In this document: positions 7,422 to 12,120 of the stretch, one piece after another
How positions within the stretch are numbered: the first letter of the stretch is position 1
Layout of the letters: each line of letters opens with the position of its first letter
Assembly: GCA_030617585.1 (NCBI GenBank)
Contig: JAUWVD010000016.1
Coordinates: 1-12,120, forward strand
Length of the DNA: 12,120 nt
DNA from: Candidatus Methanophagales archaeon
GTDB taxonomy: Archaea > Halobacteriota > Syntropharchaeia > Alkanophagales > Methanospirareceae
Direction: 5' to 3'
Program-made: the position numbers and the translations under genes
Notes under the pieces: model-generated
Told to the model about the DNA's origin: nothing
Seen by the model: the letters and a program-made list of their open reading frames with translations, nothing else
Databases searched by the model: none

Positions 7422-7429
7422 TATATAAA
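7422..7429 (-). promoter_or_regulatory. TATA box (minus strand GGTTTATATACC) for ccmF
   Basis: This is a consensus TTTATATA about 30 nt upstream of ATG 7391. No SD is visible, so the mRNA is probably leaderless or has a short leader. Confidence 0.45.
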
Positions 7430-7661
7430 CCTCATTTAAATCCGCCAGTTTTTTAACCAGTACCAGCTCTTCATTTAGCGTGAAATTACCAACATAGTCC
7501 TCTGATAGCTCTATGACAGGAACTTGACTCTTTACTTACGCTATAGTTTCAGAGGTTTGAAAAAGCTCAATCTGTGGCGGTGTGAAGTATACACCACTCT
7601 CACTTTTACTATTCAAATACATAGTATATGTAAATAAGTATCTACATTGAGAGGGTTTACC

Positions 7662-8759
7662 ATGTCTGACGAAAATAGCCAAGAACATCCGCAACTCCGG
7701 CTAATCTCCTGGAACATGACCTTCGCTTGTAATTTGCGCTGTCCTCACTGCTATATAGATGCAGAAGAAAGGGCAGGGAAGGGGGAGTTGAGCACGGAAG
7801 AGGGGAAGATGCTGATAGACCAGATAGTAGCGGTAAGCAAGCCTATCCTTATATTAAGTGGCGGAGAGCCACTGCTCCGTGCTGATGTCTTTGAACTCGC
7901 TCGTTACGCAACCAGGAAGGGTTTGACAGTGGCTATGGGCACTAATGGAACACTCATAACGGATTCCGTTGCGAAGGAACTAAAATCCAGCGGTGTAACG
8001 GCTGTTGCTATCAGTATTGATTCTTCCGTTCCAGAGCGGCATGATGCGTTTCGTGGCGTTAAAGATTCATGGAAACGCGCATTAGAAGGTATTGATGCGT
8101 GCATAGAGCGCGGTATAACCGTTCAGGTGAATACAACAGTGACGCAGCAGAACTACGCTGAAATTGATGATATAATGGCGCTGGCTGAAGAACATGGGGC
8201 ACGCTCTTTTCACCTCTTCTTTCTCGTGCCTACTGGCAGGGGAAAAGCGATAGAGGATATATCGGCGGAGATGTATGAGCAGATGCTTGATGATACCCTC
8301 GATAAGATAGCATACGGTAAATATAAGCTTGACATCAGACCTGTTTGCGCGCCTCAATTCATGCGTATCGCATCGCAAAAGGGATTAAGCCTGGAAAAGT
8401 GGAGACGAGGCTGTATTGCCGGGCTCGCGTATTGCCGCATTTATCCCACTGGCGAAGTCACTCCATGCCCTTATCTACCTATAAAACTTGGTAGCATTCG
8501 CGAAACACCTTTTAGAGATATATGGTTCAATTCGCCGGTACTAAAAGCGATTCGTGACTTAGACCGCTTAAAAGGCAAGTGTAGGATATGTGAATACCGA
8601 GCTATCTGTGGCGGGTGTCGCGCACGAGCATATGGCTTGACAAGTTTCGTAGATGTCTGCGGTGGTTTGCAGGAGCCCGCGGAATTAAAAGGTGACTATT
8701 TAGCCGAGGAGCCCTGGTGTCCCTATCGACCGCGTGGAAATCACACTACTAAGAAATGA
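7662..8759 (+). CDS. NirJ-family radical SAM/SPASM enzyme of the alternative heme biosynthesis pathway (AhbD heme b synthase or AhbC Fe-coproporphyrin III synthase)
   Basis: ORF 7647..8759, which the track starts at a TTG. I set the start at ATG 7662, which follows GAGGG (7651-7655). The radical SAM cluster motif is CNLRCPHC (CX3CX2C), with GGEPLL downstream. The C-terminal SPASM-type Cys cluster is CIAGLAYC...PCPY...CRICEYRAICGGCRARAY. The tail GDYLAEEPWCPY is typical of NirJ/Ahb enzymes. The neighbouring fused ahbAB supports a pathway assignment. I cannot separate AhbC from AhbD by eye. Confidence 0.88.
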   Translation: MSDENSQEHPQLRLISWNMTFACNLRCPHCYIDAEERAGKGELSTEEGKMLIDQIVAVSKPILILSGGEPLLRADVFELARYATRKGLTVAMGTNGTLITDSVAKELKSSGVTAVAISIDSSVPERHDAFRGVKDSWKRALEGIDACIERGITVQVNTTVTQQNYAEIDDIMALAEEHGARSFHLFFLVPTGRGKAIEDISAEMYEQMLDDTLDKIAYGKYKLDIRPVCAPQFMRIASQKGLSLEKWRRGCIAGLAYCRIYPTGEVTPCPYLPIKLGSIRETPFRDIWFNSPVLKAIRDLDRLKGKCRICEYRAICGGCRARAYGLTSFVDVCGGLQEPAELKGDYLAEEPWCPYRPRGNHTTKK

Positions 8760-8809
8760 TGCCTGATACAGGAGATGATACCGGTTTCTTCACAACATGA
8801 TATAAGCAT

Positions 8810-8825
8810 TTTTAAAATTTATATA
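8810..8825 (+). promoter_or_regulatory. BRE/TATA-like promoter for the acidic lipoprotein-like gene
   Basis: TTTTAAAA-TTTATATA lies about 125 nt upstream of ATG 8949. The predicted leader contains two TAAATTAAATT direct repeats (8848-8858 and 8862-8872). Confidence 0.35.
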
Positions 8826-8948
8826 GATATAGGTAGTTATACACTATTAAATTAAATTTAATAAATTAAATTAATACGGTGATGTAAATGGGCAGGAGCT
8901 TTGTAGTGGACTTAATTAATGGCGGGAAGAATTTAGGAGGTGATTATT

Positions 8949-9251
8949 ATGGAAAAGAGAAGAGCTATAATTTTTGCGGGCATTGTTGTAGCAATCTTAG
9001 TTATGGCGATGTCTATGGGCTGCATAGAAGAGGTTAAGGAAGAGGAAGAAAAAATCGCTGAGGATGTTGAGGCTGGAGAAGAGGGATTTGCAGAGGAAGT
9101 TAAGGGCGAAGAAACCGCTCCGATTGCGGAGGAACTAAAAGAGAGAGTCGGTGAGGCTGCAGAGGAACTAAAAGATGAACTCGGTGGGGCTGCGGAGGAA
9201 CTAAAAGAGAAAGTGGTTGAAGGTGCGGAGGAACTAAAAGAGGAAGTCTAA
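8949..9251 (+). CDS. Small, extremely acidic secreted or lipid-anchored protein with 11-residue repeats (lipoprotein-like signal peptide)
   Basis: ORF 8940..9251, which the track starts at a GTG. I set the start at ATG 8949, which follows AGGAGGTGAT (8935-8944). The signal peptide MEKRRAIIFAGIVVAILVMAMSMGC ends in a lipobox-like SMGC. The 75 residues after the Cys contain 29 Glu, 2 Asp, 8 Lys and 1 Arg. There are four tandem units of the form AEELK-x-x-V/L-x-x-A/G. Confidence 0.7.
   Translation: MEKRRAIIFAGIVVAILVMAMSMGCIEEVKEEEEKIAEDVEAGEEGFAEEVKGEETAPIAEELKERVGEAAEELKDELGGAAEELKEKVVEGAEELKEEV
9126..9248 (+). repeat. Intragenic tandem repeat with a 33-nt period and four imperfect copies (the last is truncated)
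   Basis: GC(G/A)GAGGAACTAAAAGA recurs at 9126, 9159, 9192 and 9225, spaced exactly 33 nt apart. The copies encode AEELKERVGEA, AEELKDELGGA, AEELKEKVVEG and AEELKEEV. Confidence 0.9.
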
Positions 9252-9271
9252 GAGACCGAGAGGAAGTAGAA

Positions 9272-9310
9272 GAGGGATGAACTCCCTCACCCTTTCTTAC
9301 TTTGTGTTTT
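9272..9310 (+). terminator. Hairpin plus T-rich tract downstream of the acidic protein gene
   Basis: GAGGGA-TGAAC-TCCCTC forms a 6-bp stem (9272-9288). It is followed by CCCTTTCTTACTTTGTGTTTTT. Confidence 0.4.
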
Positions 9311-9323
9311 TAGTTTAGTTTAG
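9309..9323. repeat. (TTTAG)3 pentamer repeat, copy 2, overlapping the stop codon of minus-strand ahbAB
   Basis: TTTAGTTTAGTTTAG is identical to 4059-4073. It sits in the same register relative to the minus-strand TAA stop (9320-9322 here, 4070-4072 there). Confidence 0.9.
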
Positions 9324-10339
9324 TATGGATGCATAACACTTGTCCGTTTAAATTGGCCGTTACTGAACATGACCAGATAGTCAGAGATGCAAACGGCTTC
9401 AGACATCATTTTAGCAAGTTCTTCTACTGATTCACGGTTGTAACCGTGAATGACAGTGAACAAATTGTGTTCCCACTTTCCGGGCACGGTCACTCGTTCG
9501 TAGCAGTGAGTTATCTCTTTATATGTAGACAGCATATTCCCAACGCGTTTCACCTGCTCTCGAGGCACCTTCCACGCCACTACCGCATTAGCCACGATGC
9601 CTACCTTTCGTTGGTTGACCGAAATACCTAATCGCTTGATAACACCCACACTTATCAGCTCCTGTAACCGCGCGATCACTTCGTCCTGACTTATCCCCGT
9701 CTCCTTTGCTATTTCCGCGAATGGCTCATTCACTAAGGGTATTCTTTCCTGCGTGCTGTGTATAATAGCCTTATTTATCTTATCCGCATTGTTCATGTTA
9801 GTGTTTCCGTTAGAATTTCCGTTAGAGTTCCCGGTCATCGCTTTTAGACCGCCATTGGTGAATTTAAACCGGACGTCTATCTTAAACACAGCGGTAGTAG
9901 GGAGGTCTAAGATGTCGTGCTCCATGATTCCGGTTCTTCTCTTTATCTCGTCCACCGTGCTTCCTAAATCTTTACCACCGCACGTTGTAACAGTAAACCA
10001 GAGATTGTAGTCATGCTCACGGCGATAGTTGTGCGTCACGCTCATGTATTCATTAACGACATTGACAACCCCTTCCATCTTCTCCTCTGGCACTTTCATC
10101 GCCATCAGAGTAGAGGAACATGTATTCAATTTTTTGGCATCGAGGATCGTACGGAGTTTACGGATAAAGCCATCAGAGGAAAGCCGTTGGATGCGTGATA
10201 GCACCTCTTCCTCCGGGATACCGAGTATCTTCCCCAAATTAGTCCATGGTCTTTTCTCCACCGGGAAATTATCCTGTAATAGCTGTAGCAGTTCTTTATC
10301 CTGCTTGTCCAGCTTGACCTGCCCTTTTATTACGTTCAT
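9320..10339 (-). CDS. ahbAB: Fused siroheme decarboxylase AhbA-AhbB (NirD/L/G/H-like, two Lrp/AsnC-like modules)
   Basis: 339 aa with two tandem modules, each an HTH-like N-terminus plus a C-terminal domain. Module 1 reads DKELLQLLQDNFPVEKRPW...VTHNYRREHDYNLWFTV. Module 2 reads INKAIIHSTQERIPLVNEPF...ITHCYERVTVPGKWEHNLFTVIHG. The H-x-Y-x-R ... NLWFT/NLFT blocks are characteristic of AhbA/AhbB/NirDLGH. The modules are joined by an Asn/Gly/Ser linker, GNSNGNSNGNTNMNN. Confidence 0.87.
   Translation of the reverse strand: MNVIKGQVKLDKQDKELLQLLQDNFPVEKRPWTNLGKILGIPEEEVLSRIQRLSSDGFIRKLRTILDAKKLNTCSSTLMAMKVPEEKMEGVVNVVNEYMSVTHNYRREHDYNLWFTVTTCGGKDLGSTVDEIKRRTGIMEHDILDLPTTAVFKIDVRFKFTNGGLKAMTGNSNGNSNGNTNMNNADKINKAIIHSTQERIPLVNEPFAEIAKETGISQDEVIARLQELISVGVIKRLGISVNQRKVGIVANAVVAWKVPREQVKRVGNMLSTYKEITHCYERVTVPGKWEHNLFTVIHGYNRESVEELAKMMSEAVCISDYLVMFSNGQFKRTSVMHPY
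9797..9832 (-). repeat. Intragenic 12-nt tandem repeat in three copies, encoding (GNSN)2-GNTN in the AhbA-AhbB linker
   Basis: The plus strand reads GTTAGTGTTTCC, GTTAGAATTTCC, GTTAGAGTTCCC. Read on the minus strand in gene order these give GGGAACTCTAAC, GGAAATTCTAAC, GGAAACACTAAC. Confidence 0.85.
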
Positions 10340-10375
10340 CTTTTATCGCTTCTTCTTTCTCACTCTGTTAAACAT

Positions 10376-10421
10376 AAAAAAGAAAAAAATAAAGGGTCCA
10401 ACCAAGTCTGCCAAGACCCTT
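10376..10421 (-). terminator. Stem-loop plus oligo-T (minus strand) terminator after the nine-heme cytochrome gene
   Basis: The minus strand reads AAGGGTC-(16-nt loop)-GACCCTT, a 7-bp stem (10392-10398 pairs with 10415-10421). It is followed by TTATTTTTTTCTTTTTT. The T-tract probably overlaps the ahbAB promoter. Confidence 0.5.
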
Positions 10422-10433
10422 GCCCTTCTTTAA

Positions 10434-11549
10434 TTAACGTCTCCGCTTTGCAAGAACTACAACCACTGCAATTGCAATCACTGCGAATATCAGTTCGAAA
10501 CCAGGTGGTCTTGCTGTTGGTGTTTCCGCGGGCGCTGCTGCTGCTGGTGTTTCAGTTGCCGCTTCCGCTGGTGCTTTAGCTGCCGCTGATATATCTACAG
10601 CTAAAATTTTGTCTATCATCTCTTGCGGTATAAATGAAGCTCCTTCTTCGTGAAGAGCCGCCTCGCAACCTTCACAGAGCACTTCTGGGTTCTCGTGGCA
10701 GAATGCGCAGTCTTTTGCATCTTTTGTTATTGTATGCGTGAAGTACGCACCATACGCTACATGGGTCTCATTCTTATATTCAGACTCCATCCTAAGGAAA
10801 GGCTTTATCTTGCCATCGGCTGCCACACCGAGATAGAACTCGTCATATACACTAGCATAAGGTGGCCTGGTTTCCAGATGGCAGCCAGTACAGGTCAGAG
10901 ACCATCCCGTATGGCAAGCGGTGCAGTCAAGTGTATCACCGTGAATTGTGTGCGCCATTATATCAGAAGCTTCGTGGCAGTCCTCACACTTTGCCGTTAC
11001 TGCACCTGGCTCATCCAGGGATTTGTAGTAGGTTCCATCACCGTGCATATCTGTCGCACCATGGCAATCCGTGCAGATAAGTCCCTTCTCATAATGTACA
11101 TCACCGTGAGGTCCCAGTTCCTTATGTCCTGGCATATCGCCCACAAAAGTCGATGTCTGCTTCGGTTTGTGGCATGGGTCACATGTATCTATGGTTATCT
11201 CTTGAGTCTGGTCGCCGTGCCCCATCTTGGCTTCATATCCCACATGGCACTTTTGGCAAGTTGTGATATGGCATTTAGAACAGTTGAAATTTGTATAATA
11301 TTCATCCATGTCTATGCCAAACGCTTCTGCCGAATGCCTCACGTATTCGTTCATCATTCCCGCACCGGTGTAGTGAAGTGTAGTCGAAAAAGTCTCGGCA
11401 ATATCTGAGTGACACATCTCACAACCTCCAAAGTCTTCTTCAGCCGCTGTTACCGCTGTACACCCCAGTGATACCGATAGCACTGCAACAATCAATAATG
11501 GCAATATAGTCTTCGCATTTTTTCGTCCCCAATTATAAATATGTTTCAT
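10434..11549 (-). CDS. Secreted nine-heme c-type cytochrome with a C-terminal PGF-CTERM archaeosortase sorting signal
   Basis: ORF 10434..11564, which the track starts at a GTG abutting GGGGG. I prefer ATG 11549 (MKHIYNWGRKNAKTILPLLIVAVLSVSLGC), about 10 nt downstream of GGGGGTGAT. There are nine CXXCH motifs: CEMCH, CSKCH, CQKCH, CDPCH, CTDCH, CEDCH, CTACH, CTGCH and CAFCH. An Ala/Pro/Thr/Glu linker (AAAKAPAEAATETPAAAAPAETPTAR) precedes PPGFELIFAVIAIAVVVVLAKRRR, which is a PGF-CTERM signal. Confidence 0.92.
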   Translation of the reverse strand: MKHIYNWGRKNAKTILPLLIVAVLSVSLGCTAVTAAEEDFGGCEMCHSDIAETFSTTLHYTGAGMMNEYVRHSAEAFGIDMDEYYTNFNCSKCHITTCQKCHVGYEAKMGHGDQTQEITIDTCDPCHKPKQTSTFVGDMPGHKELGPHGDVHYEKGLICTDCHGATDMHGDGTYYKSLDEPGAVTAKCEDCHEASDIMAHTIHGDTLDCTACHTGWSLTCTGCHLETRPPYASVYDEFYLGVAADGKIKPFLRMESEYKNETHVAYGAYFTHTITKDAKDCAFCHENPEVLCEGCEAALHEEGASFIPQEMIDKILAVDISAAAKAPAEAATETPAAAAPAETPTARPPGFELIFAVIAIAVVVVLAKRRR

Positions 11550-11588
11550 TTTTTCATCTATCACCCCCTAACTTTTTCCATCATTTTT

Positions 11589-11607
11589 CCGCCGCCCTTC
11601 GCGGCAG
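11589..11607 (-). promoter_or_regulatory. Stem-loop in the putative 5' leader of the nine-heme cytochrome mRNA
   Basis: The minus-strand RNA CUGCCGC-GAAGG-GCGGCGG forms a 7-bp stem that includes one G-U pair. The same position is a C-A mismatch in the plus-strand RNA, which favours function in the minus-strand transcript. Confidence 0.3.
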
Positions 11608-11644
11608 CTTTCATTTTGCCTTTTCATAGTCCCCTCTTCCAAGG

Positions 11645-11663
11645 GTACTAGTACTATATAGTA
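11645..11663 (-). promoter_or_regulatory. Palindromic TATA region, a candidate promoter for the nine-heme cytochrome gene
   Basis: There are two overlapping perfect palindromes, GTACTAGTAC (11645-11654) and TACTATATAGTA (11652-11663). The TATATA core lies about 105 nt upstream of ATG 11549. Confidence 0.3.
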
Positions 11664-11746
11664 GCTGTTATTGGGGATATAAAGTTTTCGGTTTTTCCGT
11701 GATACTAACTAACCCGTGAAATAGACAGAAGAATTTGGATTACTCA

Positions 11747-11754
11747 ATATAAAT
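11747..11754 (+). promoter_or_regulatory. TATA box for endA
   Basis: ATATAAAT lies about 20-25 nt upstream of ATG 11773. No SD is visible, so the mRNA is probably leaderless. Confidence 0.4.
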
Positions 11755-11772
11755 AAAAATCTCTTTTTAGAA

Positions 11773-12120
11773 ATGAAATCAGTAATAAAAGAAACGATGC
11801 AAGGAGTATTTTCAGCCGGAAAGGTTATAGTAGCGGGATCAGAAGCAGATGCCCCTGCAAAAGGGGACGGTAGAAGAAGAGGTCGGTTAGAACTCGAAGA
11901 AGCTGCTGGCCTGCTTGAAACCGATAAAATAGAGATAAAAGATGAAGGAGGGAAAGAGATGAGTCCGGACGAGTTCTTGAAGCGTGCATTGGCCATCTCT
12001 CCAGAGTTCGGATTGAGATACCTCGTCTACAATGACTTGAAAGAGCGAGGCTATGTGGTGCAGCCAGGCGGAGTAGATTTCTGGCTTTATCCTCGTGGCG
12101 TTAAGCCAGGCGAGAAGCCC
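11773..12120 (+). CDS. endA: tRNA-splicing endonuclease EndA, 3'-truncated by the window edge
   Basis: The frame is open from ATG 11773 to the window end. It is absent from the ORF track because it is incomplete. My translation is MKSVIKETMQGVFSAGKVIVAGSEADAPAKGDGRRRGRLELEEAAGLLETDKIEIKDEGGKEMSPDEFLKRALAISPEFGLRYLVYNDLKERGYVVQPGGVDFWLYPRGVKPGEKP. The blocks LRYLVYNDLKERGYVV..G.DFWLYPRG match the archaeal EndA core (YxVYxDLRxRGYxVxxGxxxGxDFxxYxRG). ATG 11797 is an alternative start. Confidence 0.85.
   Translation, partial: MKSVIKETMQGVFSAGKVIVAGSEADAPAKGDGRRRGRLELEEAAGLLETDKIEIKDEGGKEMSPDEFLKRALAISPEFGLRYLVYNDLKERGYVVQPGGVDFWLYPRGVKPGEKP

Noticed and set aside
6007-7428. ORFs inside ccmF: the plus-strand ORFs 6222..6422, 6629..6889, 6946..7191 and 7192..7428, and the off-frame minus-strand ORFs 6007..6210 and 6679..6867.
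   Set aside because: They are shadow ORFs of the 655-aa CcmF gene. Their products are basic and low-complexity, as expected from reading a membrane-protein gene in the wrong frame or strand.
7647-7661. Alternative upstream start codons used by the ORF track: TTG 7647 for the radical SAM gene, GTG 8940 for the acidic protein, GTG 11564 for the cytochrome and TTG 7406 for ccmF.
   Set aside because: In each case an in-frame ATG a few codons downstream has better SD spacing or TATA geometry. The upstream codon overlaps or abuts the SD or TATA element itself.
8847-8875. AT-rich direct repeats TAAATTAAATT x2 (14-nt period) upstream of the acidic protein gene, considered as a possible mini-array or binding site.
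   Set aside because: There are only two short, low-complexity copies in an AT-rich leader. They are not CRISPR-like, form no inverted repeat, and are indistinguishable from AT-rich promoter or leader sequence by eye. I noted them in the promoter feature only.
9126-9832. Whether the intragenic tandem repeats (33-nt and 12-nt) indicate a Borg-like extrachromosomal element or another mobile element.
   Set aside because: The repeats are imperfect. Genes lie on both strands and include housekeeping functions (gltX, endA, ccmF). No integrase, transposase or terminal repeats are visible, so the region looks chromosomal.
10590-10640. CEGCEAALH near the C-terminus of the nine-heme cytochrome as a possible tenth, non-canonical heme site.
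   Set aside because: The residue after the second Cys is Glu, not His. The His four residues further on does not fit any heme-attachment spacing I know, so I counted only the nine CXXCH motifs.
10650-11408. A 252-aa plus-strand ORF, together with the shorter ORFs at 10862..11080 and 10997..11182.
   Set aside because: It lies entirely antisense to or inside the nine-heme cytochrome gene. That gene is supported by nine CXXCH motifs, a signal peptide and PGF-CTERM. The antisense product is low-complexity with no motifs, so it is a shadow ORF.
11709-11996. A 95-aa minus-strand ORF.
   Set aside because: It is antisense to the plus-strand frame, which clearly encodes the conserved EndA core (LRYLVYNDLKERGYVV...DFWLYPRG). 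The minus-strand product is a Ser/Pro-rich shadow.

Overview
Archaeal chromosomal segment. Evidence for archaeal origin: BRE/TATA-type promoters, Shine-Dalgarno sites matching AGGAGGTGAT, a PGF-CTERM sorting signal, an archaeal-type GluRS, tRNA-splicing endonuclease EndA, and the Ahb alternative heme pathway. By inference only, it best fits a cytochrome-rich Methanosarcinales-type lineage (ANME-2 / Methanoperedens-like). I support 11 protein-coding genes plus one possible truncated CDS at the left edge. I found no rRNA, tRNA, CRISPR array, transposase or integrase. The dominant theme is heme c. The window holds a fused siroheme decarboxylase AhbA-AhbB, a NirJ-family radical-SAM/SPASM enzyme (AhbC or AhbD), and the heme lyase CcmF. 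It also holds a membrane-anchored NapC/NrfH-like cytochrome with six heme motifs and a secreted nine-heme cytochrome with a PGF-CTERM anchor. GluRS, which makes the Glu-tRNA precursor of the C5 tetrapyrrole route, is also here. Interleaved with these are an Lrp/AsnC regulator, a Yip1-like 5-TM membrane protein, and a very acidic small lipoprotein-like protein built from 11-residue repeats. A secreted vWA/thrombospondin-type-3/PD40 protein lies at the left end and endA at the right end. The most interesting items are the uncharacterised genes embedded in the heme/cytochrome cluster, the atypical cytochromes, a repeated (TTTAG)3 six-frame-stop motif at two convergent gene junctions, and non-canonical class I signature residues in GluRS. 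All domain calls come from reading motifs in the supplied translations. No database search or HMM was run.
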